Below, piece after piece: positions 46,796-56,873 of a DNA stretch of 64,000 nt. Numbering within the stretch: position 1 is the first letter of the stretch; each line of letters begins with the position of its first letter. The translations under genes and the position numbers were made by a program. This DNA comes from Candidatus Omnitrophota bacterium (lineage in GTDB: Bacteria > Omnitrophota > Gorgyraeia > Zapsychrales > Zapsychraceae), in the NCBI GenBank assembly GCA_050250375.1, contig JBFWOS010000001.1, positions 1,150,361 to 1,214,360 of the forward strand, written 5' to 3'. The notes below the pieces were generated by a model. The model was not told the origin of the DNA and did no database searches. It saw only the letters and a list, made by a program, of their open reading frames with translations.

Positions 46796-47265
46796 TGGGT
46801 ATTCAACTGAGCAATAATCTCTATTATTTTCTTTTCGGCATCAAATAAATCCTTCACCTGAATCATCCCTTCTCGATTCCAACCGCCCAGGTCAATAATC
46901 GGCCGTTTATAAACCATTCCATATGAAATTTCACATGATGTCCCATGACTGCCGGGAAGAGCAATAATGATGTCAGCACTGGCTGCTACGCAGGCATTCC
47001 GGGCAAATCCGATTGTAGTCGGTAAGGCAATATCAATATATTCATTAGCGTCTTGTTTATTAACCCCGGGAAGAAGGCCTATGGTCATGCCTCCGGCATC
47101 TTTTGCACCTTTAGCGGATGCCATCATTACTCCCTTTAGCCCCCCACAAACAAGAACAGCTCCCACTCTAACAACAATATTACCGACATTATAAGCTAAT
47201 TGCTCCACTTTTTCATCAATATCGGACCCACCGATAACAGAAATGGTTATTTTTTGTTTTCTCAT
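46792..47265 (-). CDS. LOG-family / TIGR00725-type Rossmann protein
   Basis: 157 aa. CGGLKGVMMASAKGA and IIALPGSHGTSCEI match the LOG GGGxG / PGGxGTxxE motifs. Confidence 0.7.
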   Translation of the reverse strand: MRKQKITISVIGGSDIDEKVEQLAYNVGNIVVRVGAVLVCGGLKGVMMASAKGAKDAGGMTIGLLPGVNKQDANEYIDIALPTTIGFARNACVAASADIIIALPGSHGTSCEISYGMVYKRPIIDLGGWNREGMIQVKDLFDAEKKIIEIIAQLNTQ

Positions 47266-47480
47266 GATTATACCAGTCTACTCCTTTTGACAGCTGTGTG
47301 ACAACGCTTATTTATAATGGAATATGGGAAATTGATACGAATTATACATAAAATAACTTAAATATAAAGAAAAATTACTCCACTTATTTGATTCATTACG
47401 TATAATTGTGGGCGATACAAACATAAAAACTTTTCCACATATTGTACAAAACCTGTGAATATCTACTAGATATAGTAAAA

Positions 47481-48761
47481 TTATTTGTCTTCATAGACAA
47501 CTTTTCCACCATATATCGTTGTTTGAACCCGTCCGGTCAATGTCCTGCCAAAAAACGGACTGTTTTTTGATTTGGAAACTGTCTCTTCTTTGGTAACAAC
47601 CCATTCTTTATCCGGATCCACAATTGTAATATCCGCGTCATACCCTTCTTTCAAGACCCCTTTATTTTCGATTTTGACAATTCTGGCTTGAGACGTCGAC
47701 ATTTTATCAACGACCTGCTCCCAGCTTAAAATACCGGGCTTGACCAATTCCGTTATCGTTAAGGCCAGCGATGTTTCAAGTCCAATAATTCCAAATGGGG
47801 CGCTTTCAAAGTCCGCCTCCTTATCTTCTAAAGAGTGCGGCGCATGATCGGTAACAATCAGATCAATCGTTCCGTCTTTAAGCCCTTCTTTAATCGCCGC
47901 CACATCATCTGCCGTGCGTAGCGGCGGATTCATTTTGGCATTCGTATCAAACGTCTTGACTGCTTCATCAGTTAAAGCAAAATGATGTGGACAAGCCTCA
48001 GCCGTAACAGATACCCCCTGCTTCTTGGCATGCCGGATCAGATCAATAGATCGCCGGCAACTCATATGAGCAAAATGGACATGCCCCCCCAGATAATGAA
48101 CCAATTCAATATCTCTGGCAACGATGATACTTTCCGAAATATACGGATCGGCCTTTATCCCCAATAACGTCGATGTTACCCCTTCATGCATCGCCCCACC
48201 GGCACTGATCAACGGATCCTCACAATGCTGAATCAGAAGAATATCGACCATTTTGGAATATTCAATCGCCCGGCGCATCAACTGACTGCTGACCACACTT
48301 TTTCCATCGTCAGACAATGCCAGGCAACCGGCCGCCTTCATTTCAAACATGTCGACTAACTGACAGTCTTTCTGTCCACGGGTAATAGCCCCGATCGGTA
48401 TGACATTGCACAATCCGACCCGCTCAGACTCTTTTTTAATCGCTTCAACAATCATGGCGCTATCAATCACCGGACGCGTATTTGGCATACACATAACGCC
48501 GGTAAAACCTCCTTTGACAGCGGCTTGAGATCCTGTTTCAATCGTTTCTTTATATTCATGCCCCGGTTCACGGAAATGAACATGAATATCGATCAAACCC
48601 GGCAATACCAAAAACCCTTTAGCATCAATTGTTTTTTTAGCGCTAACTTGCAGCGAAGACCCGATTTTCTTAATAACTCCCTTATCAATAAAAATATCTT
48701 TGGGCTGCTTTTCTTTCTTATCAGCGTTCACGATCATAGCATTTTTAATTAAAAGCGACAT
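47481..48761 (-). CDS. pyrC: Dihydroorotase
   Basis: 426 aa. Metal ligands IDIHVHFREPG and DHAPH. Confidence 0.9.
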   Translation of the reverse strand: MSLLIKNAMIVNADKKEKQPKDIFIDKGVIKKIGSSLQVSAKKTIDAKGFLVLPGLIDIHVHFREPGHEYKETIETGSQAAVKGGFTGVMCMPNTRPVIDSAMIVEAIKKESERVGLCNVIPIGAITRGQKDCQLVDMFEMKAAGCLALSDDGKSVVSSQLMRRAIEYSKMVDILLIQHCEDPLISAGGAMHEGVTSTLLGIKADPYISESIIVARDIELVHYLGGHVHFAHMSCRRSIDLIRHAKKQGVSVTAEACPHHFALTDEAVKTFDTNAKMNPPLRTADDVAAIKEGLKDGTIDLIVTDHAPHSLEDKEADFESAPFGIIGLETSLALTITELVKPGILSWEQVVDKMSTSQARIVKIENKGVLKEGYDADITIVDPDKEWVVTKEETVSKSKNSPFFGRTLTGRVQTTIYGGKVVYEDK

Positions 48762-48772
48762 ACCATTTTCCT

Positions 48773-49711
48773 TTACTCTTCGTTTGCGTCTTTTGTTCCA
48801 AGGGTTAAATACAACACGGCCATCCGGACGGCCACCCCGTTCGTAACCTGATCCAAAATAACGGAATACTCGCCATCCGCCACCTCCGCAGATAACTCGA
48901 CCCCACGATTAGTGGGCCCGGGGTGCATAATTAAAACATCTTTCCGCGCGCCTTTAAGCCGGTTTTTATTCACACCAAATGTTTTTGCGTATTCCCGAAT
49001 GGATGGCAAATAGTTTTCTTCCTGCCGTTCTTTCTGTAACCGTAAAAGCATAATGACATCCTTGTCTTTGATCGCCTCGTCAATATCGTAACTAACCTCA
49101 GCCCCCATTTGTTCAATTCCAAACGGCATGAGTGTAGAGGGACCACAAACCGTCACATGCGCACCAAGCATGGTCAGCCCGACAATGTTAGATCTGGCCA
49201 CCCTTGAATGCAATATATCCCCGACAATGACAACTTTTAACCCTTTAATTTTTCCTTTTTTCTCTATAATTGTAAACATATCCAATAAAGCCTGTGTCGG
49301 ATGAGAGCGGCATCCGTCGCCTGCGTTGATCACCGAGGCATTCAAATGCTCAGCCAGCTTATAAGGAACACCGGCCGCCGAATGGCGCACAATAATTGAA
49401 TCGACGTTCATCGCTTCGATATTTTTAGCCATATCCAAAATCGTTTCCCCCTTGGACAATGAGCTTCCAGATCCGGACATATTAATCGTATCCGCCGACA
49501 AACGTTTTGCGGCCAGCTCAAAAGAAGCCCGCGTCCTCGTTGACGGCTCCATAAAAAGGGAAACGATCGTCTTGCCGCGCAAGGCCGGTACTTTTTTAAC
49601 CTCCCGAGAGGAAACTTCTTTAAATGACTTTGCCGTTTCCAAGATCATCTCGATCTCTTCCTTGGAAAGGCTCGCCAAATCCAAAAGATCATGCTTGGTC
49701 CATTTATCCAT
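48773..49711 (-). CDS. pyrB: Aspartate carbamoyltransferase catalytic subunit
   Basis: 312 aa. [13 protein letters not shown] and LRLQKER motifs. Confidence 0.95.
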   Translation of the reverse strand: MDKWTKHDLLDLASLSKEEIEMILETAKSFKEVSSREVKKVPALRGKTIVSLFMEPSTRTRASFELAAKRLSADTINMSGSGSSLSKGETILDMAKNIEAMNVDSIIVRHSAAGVPYKLAEHLNASVINAGDGCRSHPTQALLDMFTIIEKKGKIKGLKVVIVGDILHSRVARSNIVGLTMLGAHVTVCGPSTLMPFGIEQMGAEVSYDIDEAIKDKDVIMLLRLQKERQEENYLPSIREYAKTFGVNKNRLKGARKDVLIMHPGPTNRGVELSAEVADGEYSVILDQVTNGVAVRMAVLYLTLGTKDANEE

Positions 49712-50249
49712 CTTTCTTTATCCTTTTGACGATCACTTCGTCGTCAAGTTCATCGGTTTCTTTTAGAATAACCTTTACACTTTCATTCTCGGCTGTCGGT
49801 ATATTTTTTCCGACATAATCAGCCCGGATCGGCAACTCACGATGCCCGCGGTCTATCAAAACGGCCAGCTGTATCTGGGCCGGCCGGCCTAAATCAATAA
49901 TCGCATCCAGCGCAGCCCTTATTGTACGTCCGGTATAAAGCACGTCGTCGACTAAAATCAATTTTTTCCCCGCGATATCAAAATCAATCAACGTTTCATG
50001 TACAACGGGTTGTGACGAAACCAAGGCTATGTCATCCCTATACAATGTGATATCTAGAATTCCAACCGGAACCTTTGTATTCTCGATTTTTTCGATACAA
50101 CTTCTTATTCTCTCAGCCAGAAAAACCCCTCGGGTCCTGATCCCGACCAAACAGATTTTTTTAGTCCCTTTATTTTTTTCCAGGATTTCATGAGCAATCC
50201 GCATTAAAGCCCGGCCGATGCTGTCCTTATCCATAATTTTCTTTTTCAT
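49704..50249 (-). CDS. pyrR: PyrR, bifunctional pyrimidine operon regulator / uracil phosphoribosyltransferase
   Basis: About 181 aa from [29 protein letters not shown] motif [17 protein letters not shown]. Overlaps pyrB by 8 nt. The track ORF begins 16 codons further upstream. Confidence 0.9.
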   Translation of the reverse strand: MKKKIMDKDSIGRALMRIAHEILEKNKGTKKICLVGIRTRGVFLAERIRSCIEKIENTKVPVGILDITLYRDDIALVSSQPVVHETLIDFDIAGKKLILVDDVLYTGRTIRAALDAIIDLGRPAQIQLAVLIDRGHRELPIRADYVGKNIPTAENESVKVILKETDELDDEVIVKRIKKDG

Positions 50250-50329
50250 CGTGTTTCCTTTTTCATATAAATTACCGAATAAATTAAAAATCCCCAAGCA
50301 TTAAAAATCAACACCTGAGGATATCCGGC

Positions 50330-50362
50330 AACAAAAAACCCGTCCTTCGGCATAAAGACGGG
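50330..50362 (-). terminator. Rho-independent terminator between rsmI and pyrR (a possible pyr leader element)
   Basis: Minus strand reads CCCGTCTTTATGCCGAAGGACGGG followed by TTTTTTGTT. Confidence 0.7.
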
Positions 50363-50468
50363 TTGAGTATAAATATCTTTTTACATGTTTTAACTTCATT
50401 TTATTTCCTTACCGGTCTCACCGGACCGGCATTAAAGGTAATTCGTTGAAGTGAATATATCATCTACC

Positions 50469-51161
50469 TTATGATTTGTCAAGAAACGGCGTTTCGTGAG
50501 TCCTGAGATTAAACAAAATAACAAATTCTCCTTTCGGACCATGACGGGTAAAATGATCCAACAGTTGACTGGCCGGCCCTTCTCTGACTTCTTGAAATTT
50601 CTTGGTGATCTCACGAGCAACCGTTATGACCGGATCCCCTAATACCTCTTCGATATCCTTTAACGCCTTGCCCAATCGATGCGGGGACTCATAAAAAATG
50701 ACTGTCCGTGTTTCTTGTTTAAATTCTATCAACTTTTTCCTTCGGGCCGTTGATTTGACGGGTAAAAACCCTTCAAAAATAAAGGCGTCACACGGAAGGC
50801 CGGATAAAGATAACCCCGCGATCAAGGCTGTTGCTCCCGGAACAACTTCAATAGGAATGCCATTGCTTTTAGCCAAATTGATCAAACGGTAACCGGGGTC
50901 GCTGATCCCCGGGGTTCCGGCATCCGTCACTAACGCCACATCCTTTCCCTCTTTAAGCAGATTGGATATCTGTTCTCCTTTTTGACGTTCGTTGTGATCA
51001 AAGTAACTCGTTAATGGCGTTGTAATCTTGTATTCCATTAAAAGTCTTTTGGTGTGTCGGGTATCTTCGGCGGCGATCAAATCAACATTTTGTAATGTCT
51101 CTACCGCCCTAAAGGTGATGTCTTTAAGGTTTCCGATGGGAGTTGAAACGATATATAACAT
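50469..51161 (-). CDS. rsmI: 16S rRNA (cytidine1402-2'-O)-methyltransferase
   Basis: 230 aa tetrapyrrole-methylase fold. MLYIVSTPIGNLKDITFRA...AAEDTRHT. Confidence 0.9.
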   Translation of the reverse strand: MLYIVSTPIGNLKDITFRAVETLQNVDLIAAEDTRHTKRLLMEYKITTPLTSYFDHNERQKGEQISNLLKEGKDVALVTDAGTPGISDPGYRLINLAKSNGIPIEVVPGATALIAGLSLSGLPCDAFIFEGFLPVKSTARRKKLIEFKQETRTVIFYESPHRLGKALKDIEEVLGDPVITVAREITKKFQEVREGPASQLLDHFTRHGPKGEFVILFNLRTHETPFLDKS

Positions 51162-51216
51162 TTGATTTCAGCTTTCAGTTGTCAGTCACTGGCCACTGAT
51201 ACCTGAAGGCTGACAA

Positions 51217-53052
51217 CTACTCTACAGTTACAGATTTTGCCAAATTACGGGGTTGATCAACGTCACAACCGCGCTTGACGGCAATATAATACGCAATTAG
51301 TTGCAAGGGTAAAACGGTCAATAAGGGGGTCAAGATGTTGATTGTTCGGGGGATATAAATAACATCATGCACATGTTTCTTGATAGATATGTCCCCCTCG
51401 GTAGCCACCGCGATGATCTTTCCCTTTCGGGAATTGATTTCCTGAATATTTGAAATCATTTTCTCGTATGTATCGGATTGGGTAGCTATACAAACAACTG
51501 CACGATATTCATCAATTAAAGCGATCGGGCCATGTTTCATTTCTCCCGCGGCATACCCTTCGGCCGGAATATACGAAATTTCTTTGAGCTTTAAGGCCCC
51601 TTCAAGCGCGGTTGGAAAATTATTATTTCTTCCTAAAAAGAGAAAACATCCGAAATGTGAATTTTTCTTGGCGATTTTCGCTATAAGATTTTTCCCTGTT
51701 AATATATGGGAATATAATTTGGGCACATGCTTTAATTCCCTAATGAGAATTGTCGCATCTCGAGGCTTCAGGGTTGTTTTCGTCAACCCCAATTTTATCC
51801 CGAAAAGATAAAGCATACAAAGCTGTGCAGTATATGCCTTAGTTGATGCCACCCCAATTTCCGGTCCGGCATGCGTATAAAGAATGCCGTCTGATTCCCT
51901 CGCCAGGGAAGAACCAATAACATTGCAAATGGAAATGACTTTGGCCCCGCGCGCCCTGGCCTCTCTGATCGCGGCCAATGTATCAGCCGTCTCGCCTGAT
52001 TGGCTTATGGCCAATATCAATGTCTGTTTATTAACAATCGGATTACGATAACGGAATTCACTCGCAGCATCCACCGAAACTGGTATGGACGTCAAAGATT
52101 CGATTATGTACTTCCCGACCATTCCGGCATGGTACGCCGTTCCGCAGGCAACAATCGTGATATTTTTTATCGACTTGATCTGTTTGTCGGTCAAACCTAT
52201 TCCATCGAGATGAATAGAATTTCTTTTTATCCGGAAATTCAGCATTTGCTTTAATACATCCGGCTGTTCATGAATTTCTTTAAGCATAAAATGCGAAAAA
52301 CCACCCTTGGCCACCGCATCAACCTTAAAGGTAACTTTATCAATCTTGGGTGACACTTTTTTTCCGTCAAAATTAAATACGTCTACGGCATCTTTGGTTA
52401 AGATAGCCATTTCGCCATCTTTAAGATAAATAACCTGTTTCGTGTATTCAAGAATAGCCGGCACATCGGAAGCGATAAAATTTTCTTCTTTTCCAAGACC
52501 GATAATTAACGGAGATCCTATCCGGGCCGCCACAAGCATCTCCGGGTGATCGGAACTAATCACCCCGATCGCGAAGGCGCCTTTTAATTCTTTAATCGCC
52601 TTCAGGACAGCCTCTTTTAAATCTTTTTTATAATAATCGCTGATAAGGTGAACGACCACTTCCGTGTCCGTATCTGAATGGAATTTATGCCCCCGTTTTA
52701 TCAGTTTTTCTTTCAGGGATTCATAATTTTCTATAATTCCATTATGAACAATGGTTATTTTGCCGGAGTTATCTGTGTGCGGATGCGCGTTTGTTTTATT
52801 GGGCACACCATGTGTCGCCCAACGTGTATGGGATATTCCGACATGACTGGAAGGAAGTGGTTGGGCCTTGACTAATTCCTGAAGATTGACAATTTTTCCA
52901 TGTGTTTTCCGCAAAAGGACTCCGCCGTTAGGATTAAGAGGGATTAATCCAACGCCAGATGAATCATATCCTCTATACTCAAGCCTTTTGAGACCGTCAA
53001 TGAGAATGGGATATGCTTCTTTTGTCCCGACATATCCAATGATGCCACACAT
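51217..53052 (-). CDS. glmS: Glutamine--fructose-6-phosphate aminotransferase
   Basis: 611 aa. N-terminal nucleophile MCGIIGY and two SIS domains. Confidence 0.95.
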   Translation of the reverse strand: MCGIIGYVGTKEAYPILIDGLKRLEYRGYDSSGVGLIPLNPNGGVLLRKTHGKIVNLQELVKAQPLPSSHVGISHTRWATHGVPNKTNAHPHTDNSGKITIVHNGIIENYESLKEKLIKRGHKFHSDTDTEVVVHLISDYYKKDLKEAVLKAIKELKGAFAIGVISSDHPEMLVAARIGSPLIIGLGKEENFIASDVPAILEYTKQVIYLKDGEMAILTKDAVDVFNFDGKKVSPKIDKVTFKVDAVAKGGFSHFMLKEIHEQPDVLKQMLNFRIKRNSIHLDGIGLTDKQIKSIKNITIVACGTAYHAGMVGKYIIESLTSIPVSVDAASEFRYRNPIVNKQTLILAISQSGETADTLAAIREARARGAKVISICNVIGSSLARESDGILYTHAGPEIGVASTKAYTAQLCMLYLFGIKLGLTKTTLKPRDATILIRELKHVPKLYSHILTGKNLIAKIAKKNSHFGCFLFLGRNNNFPTALEGALKLKEISYIPAEGYAAGEMKHGPIALIDEYRAVVCIATQSDTYEKMISNIQEINSRKGKIIAVATEGDISIKKHVHDVIYIPRTINILTPLLTVLPLQLIAYYIAVKRGCDVDQPRNLAKSVTVE

Positions 53053-53112
53053 GGTAATTAAATTTCCAGATTAGGAAAACACCTAAAAATCAGAAGAACT
53101 TTAAACAGTCTG

Positions 53113-53373
53113 TTAAGATTTTGCTTTTTCAGCTGCCGGACGGATATTGATCAAAGTCATGACCTTGTTGTAGGTACTTTTCTTCCGAGTAAAATAAACT
53201 TCGCCGTCACACTTTGCCGTTAAATGCATGGTTCCGGAAACATTCAATCCCGGTTTCCACCGATGTCCTTCGCGGGTTAAAATCGTTCCAGCTTTAACTC
53301 TTTGCCCGCCACTGGTTTTAAGCCCTTTTGTCTCAACATAAAATTTATGCGTTAAACCGCCGATCCTTGACAT
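53113..53373 (-). CDS. Ribosomal protein L27-like protein (divergent; lacks canonical N-terminal tail)
   Basis: 86 aa. The core VKAGTILTREGHRWKPGLNVSGTMHLTAKCDGEVYF aligns with the L27 core [36 protein letters not shown]. The N-terminus MSRIGGLTHKFYVETKG replaces the conserved AHKKGGGSTRNGRDS. A strong SD precedes it; no rplU is adjacent. Confidence 0.6.
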   Translation of the reverse strand: MSRIGGLTHKFYVETKGLKTSGGQRVKAGTILTREGHRWKPGLNVSGTMHLTAKCDGEVYFTRKKSTYNKVMTLINIRPAAEKAKS

Positions 53374-53449
53374 TTTTTCCTCCGAAGATAATTAAAATTT
53401 GAATTTGTTCGACCAAATATAGTTCAGCAAGTATATATGAAAACGTTTA

Positions 53450-53494
53450 AATAATCAAATAAAATCCTACGTCCCCGGTCAGAGACGTAGGATT
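53450..53494 (-). terminator. Rho-independent terminator downstream of the dsbA-like gene
   Basis: 11-bp stem AATCCTACGTC/GACGTAGGATT followed on the minus strand by TTTATTTGATTATTT. Confidence 0.7.
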
Positions 53495-53518
53495 CCTTAA
53501 AATCGGGTATTACAAGGT

Positions 53519-54445
53519 TTATTTGCCTAATATAGCGTCAATTTCTGCTTTTAATGAATTAAAATCGCGGGCATTGGTCACTTTTCCATTCATATAGAAA
53601 CTTGGGGTGCCCCGCACACCCACTTGCCCGCCCAACTGAATATCCTTTTGAATCATATCCTGATATTTCGCGTCATTATCTTTTAAGTCTTTTTCAAATT
53701 TCGCAACATTAAGGCCGATTTCCTGAGCTGACTTTTTATATAATTCTTCACCTAATTTATCCCGGTTTTCTAAGAGTTTATTGACCATCTCCCGGTATTT
53801 TCCTTGTTCTGATGCTGCCAGAGCAGCCTTGGCCGCTGGTTTTGCGTGCGGATGAAAGTCTAATGGAAAATTTTTAATAAGGTAATTAACATCCTTTGGA
53901 TAAGCATTCAAAACTTCTTCTATCGGTGGATGGAACCTGGCACAAAATGGACATTCCAGATCCATAAATTCAGTGATTGTAATTTTTGCGTTTTTAGCCC
54001 CGATGACCGGAGTATGTGCCACAGGAATTGTGTAGACTATATTCGGGTCTGGTGCTTGCGGGACGTTTGCGGCGGCCTGCGGAACAGCCCGGGCAGCTTG
54101 ATCGATTTTGGTTTCAAGAGATTTAATTCTTGATTCTAGATCGCTAATTCGGGATAACGCCGTCGCTAATTGGATCGCTGTTGAGGTATCCATACTATTA
54201 TTAGATGCCTGTCGGCTACCGACCTGTGCTTCAAGCCTGTTTTGCGCCTGCAATATGGCGGTTTGCTGGTTCATTAATTGCTGTATACCAGAAGAACTAT
54301 TTTGTTTGGACAGTAACCCCATGCCCATTAAAAGCACAATGACCACAAGTAATACTGAAGTGAAAACTTTATTATCCATGACTACCCCTTTTGGTTTGAT
54401 GATTTTGGTGAGTATCGCCTTGTAACTATCATAAGAAAAAAACAA
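53519..54445 (-). CDS. DsbA-family thiol:disulfide oxidoreductase with N-terminal TM anchor and coiled-coil linker
   Basis: 308 aa. TM helix VLLVVIVLLMGMGLL. C-terminal thioredoxin fold with CPFC. Confidence 0.7.
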   Translation of the reverse strand: MFFSYDSYKAILTKIIKPKGVVMDNKVFTSVLLVVIVLLMGMGLLSKQNSSSGIQQLMNQQTAILQAQNRLEAQVGSRQASNNSMDTSTAIQLATALSRISDLESRIKSLETKIDQAARAVPQAAANVPQAPDPNIVYTIPVAHTPVIGAKNAKITITEFMDLECPFCARFHPPIEEVLNAYPKDVNYLIKNFPLDFHPHAKPAAKAALAASEQGKYREMVNKLLENRDKLGEELYKKSAQEIGLNVAKFEKDLKDNDAKYQDMIQKDIQLGGQVGVRGTPSFYMNGKVTNARDFNSLKAEIDAILGK

Positions 54446-54501
54446 ATAAATGCAAGTAAAAACTTTTTCAGATTAAATATAAATGTCTGAAAGTAATTGT
54501 G

Positions 54502-55314
54502 TTATAAAGAAATACCTCCATATCTGGATACAACATGCTTGATGTCTTCCCAACGATTGGGACAGCCGAAGGCCGCCACGATAAGTGTACTATCACCTTT
54601 TTGCAGGGTTCCGACAAAACATGGTCCCGCGGAATGGGTGTATCCGGTCTTTCCGTAAATATCCCTTTTCCACCCCTTAAATAAAATCTTGTTATGACTT
54701 TTTAAAGAATGCTTTTGTCCTGACTTGCTGTAAATCGTTCTATACTTCATTTTAATAGCTTCCCGAAAAAATGAAAACTTCAATGCCTCACGAAAAATCA
54801 TATACATGTCGTAAGCTGTTGTGTATTGCGAAACTTTTTTTGTGGGTAATCCGTGAGAATTGGCAAACTTTGTATGCCGAGCGCCGATCTGCTTAGCCCT
54901 CGCATTCATCATTTCAACAAACTTTGATTCCGATCCGGCGACGGCTTCTGCCAATACGACACTGGCATCGTTGGCTGAATTCAGAATGATCGCAAACAAC
55001 AGATCCCGCACTCGGTATTGATCCCCCGGGCTCATATAAAGTTTAGTCGGCTGGGGTAAGGTCGCCCGATGGCTGACGGTCACAAACTCGTTCAGGGAAA
55101 GTTTTTCCAGAACCAGCAAAGCGGTCATAACCTTAGTCGTCGAAGCCGGGATAACCCGCTCATGAACATTTTTCCCGTATAATCGAACAACCTTTGTCCG
55201 GTCGGAAAAAATCATCGCTTTACAAGACACGCGATATTTCGCCGATACGTCAAAAGGAACTAAAAGAAGAACAATAAAAAGTATTATTGAAATAATTTTT
55301 TTATACAATTGCAT
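54502..55314 (-). CDS. dacA: D-alanyl-D-alanine carboxypeptidase (peptidase S11, low-MW PBP)
   Basis: 270 aa. SxxK PASTTKVMT, SxN SANDAS, and KTG KTGYT. Confidence 0.85.
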   Translation of the reverse strand: MQLYKKIISIILFIVLLLVPFDVSAKYRVSCKAMIFSDRTKVVRLYGKNVHERVIPASTTKVMTALLVLEKLSLNEFVTVSHRATLPQPTKLYMSPGDQYRVRDLLFAIILNSANDASVVLAEAVAGSESKFVEMMNARAKQIGARHTKFANSHGLPTKKVSQYTTAYDMYMIFREALKFSFFREAIKMKYRTIYSKSGQKHSLKSHNKILFKGWKRDIYGKTGYTHSAGPCFVGTLQKGDSTLIVAAFGCPNRWEDIKHVVSRYGGISL

Positions 55315-55324
55315 ATGATTCTTA

Positions 55325-56260
55325 TTAAATCTTATTAGCCGAAAGGTAAACGCTCTCTAAGGCTTGATTGATACCGGGGGTTGGAAAAAAATGTTGTCCT
55401 TCCATTTTACAAAGCCGCCAAAAATCTTTATTCTTGCGGATCATAGCCCAAAAATTTTGTATTAAATGCTGCTCGCTAACAATAAACCTCAGCAACAGAT
55501 GTTGTTTCTCCCGGTCGTAAATTCGATCCTTTAAAACAACGGATACTTCCCCCTTCACATCTGTAAATACAAATTGATCCGGGTCAAAATCTTTGAGTTT
55601 AAATGACTTCACTTCAATATCCTCCTTGACTTTACAACGGATGTGTTCATTCTTCAATAAATTTAATTCAAAAAATTCTTCCTGGCCTTCTTCCAGCCAT
55701 TTGCGTTCAAACTTTGTTCCGAATCGCGGCTTGATTCCTTCTTCCTGCAAATGAAAATATCTTGGATCATTTTCCGCTTTTATCCATTCAAAATAAGGAA
55801 AATAATCCGTTACGATCTGGAGGTTCCCTCCATCAGCCAGGCGGTTGTTCAACAATTGCAAAAATTTGAGAGAAAATAACCTGTGTTTGATATGACTTTT
55901 CTTAGGCCAGGGACAAGGGAACAAACTGTAAATATGTTGAATGGATTTTTCCTGAAACAGCCGTTCAAATGCAGCCCATGCGTTTAATCGTAAAATCCGG
56001 ATATTCCGGACGACGGCAGCAGAGCGATTCAGCCGGCTTATTGATTTAATCGTTTTATAAATTCTTTCCCAATTATATTCAATGCCAACAAAATTGACAC
56101 CGGGACATTCCTGCGCCTTGCGCAGCAGGACTTCTCCCGTTCCAAAACCGATTTCAATTTGTAAGGGATTATCGTTATGAAAAATGTTCTCCCACTTGAT
56201 CGGCCTTTCCAGTGAATAAAAATCGACCAGGGGACTTAAGGAAGTTTCCGATAATTTCAT
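55325..56260 (-). CDS. trmB: tRNA (guanine46-N7)-methyltransferase with C-terminal extension
   Basis: 311 aa. TrmB core IEIGFGTGEVLLRKAQECPGVNFVGIE, plus about 80 extra C-terminal residues. Confidence 0.8.
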   Translation of the reverse strand: MKLSETSLSPLVDFYSLERPIKWENIFHNDNPLQIEIGFGTGEVLLRKAQECPGVNFVGIEYNWERIYKTIKSISRLNRSAAVVRNIRILRLNAWAAFERLFQEKSIQHIYSLFPCPWPKKSHIKHRLFSLKFLQLLNNRLADGGNLQIVTDYFPYFEWIKAENDPRYFHLQEEGIKPRFGTKFERKWLEEGQEEFFELNLLKNEHIRCKVKEDIEVKSFKLKDFDPDQFVFTDVKGEVSVVLKDRIYDREKQHLLLRFIVSEQHLIQNFWAMIRKNKDFWRLCKMEGQHFFPTPGINQALESVYLSANKI

Positions 56261-56261
56261 G

Positions 56262-56699
56262 TCACTTGTTTCTTAATTCTTCCAGATATTCCCAGCCTTT
56301 TCCCGACATAATATTGTCTTTAAAAATAACCGGCGTTAATTCATCGTCCGTTACCTGCCCATCGGAAGCATTAATGGTCGTCACAAAATACACGACAAGG
56401 TGTGGCACGCCTTCTGCGGTAAGCATTTCGATCCGAAACGGATTTCTTAAAGCGACGGTGCCATATGAATCAACGGATTCTGAACCCTCCTGAAAACCGA
56501 TTTTAACCTGATCCCCCATCAGGGCCATAACTTCTTCATAAGTCATACCAGCGGCGACCTGATCAATATTCGTCAACGGCTTTTGTGAAGCGCCCACTTT
56601 TTTCATCGGTTCAGGCGTAAATAAATATTCATCGCTGTCAATGGTCGCGCATCCGCTGACAAACAAACATAAAATCAACCATATGAAATTTTTTCTCAT
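56262..56699 (-). CDS. Lipoprotein, hypothetical
   Basis: 145 aa. Lipobox LILCLFVSGC. Confidence 0.45.
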   Translation of the reverse strand: MRKNFIWLILCLFVSGCATIDSDEYLFTPEPMKKVGASQKPLTNIDQVAAGMTYEEVMALMGDQVKIGFQEGSESVDSYGTVALRNPFRIEMLTAEGVPHLVVYFVTTINASDGQVTDDELTPVIFKDNIMSGKGWEYLEELRNK

Positions 56700-56873
56700 A
56701 ATATCTCCTCGCTCTGTTTTAAGATTCCGCTATTCTAACGCAAATGAAATCTCTAAACAAGAAATTTTGAATATGCAACACAAACAGATAAATAATCTTT
56801 GCCCTGTACTATTCCCATCTGGTAAGATAGGCAAAATTCCTTTAGATAACATATATCCGGACTGCATCCCAAC

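Noticed and set aside
47266-47480. 215-bp AT-rich gap between pyrC and the LOG-like gene as a possible small RNA or riboswitch
   Set aside because: No conserved motif, hairpin-terminator pair or known riboswitch core could be recognised by eye. It is most simply an internal promoter region for the downstream genes.
50432-50620. 62-aa ORF overlapping the 3' end of rsmI in another frame
   Set aside because: rsmI has strong motif support. The overlapping ORF has none.
51162-51216. Hairpin AGTTGTCAG...CTGACAACT between rsmI and glmS as a terminator
   Set aside because: A 9-bp stem is present but the loop is about 25 nt, and no U-run follows on the minus strand. More likely an incidental structure or a processing site.
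53053-53112. Possible glmS ribozyme upstream of glmS
   Set aside because: The leader is only about 60 nt with no room for the roughly 170-nt ribozyme. The previous gene stops 60 nt upstream.
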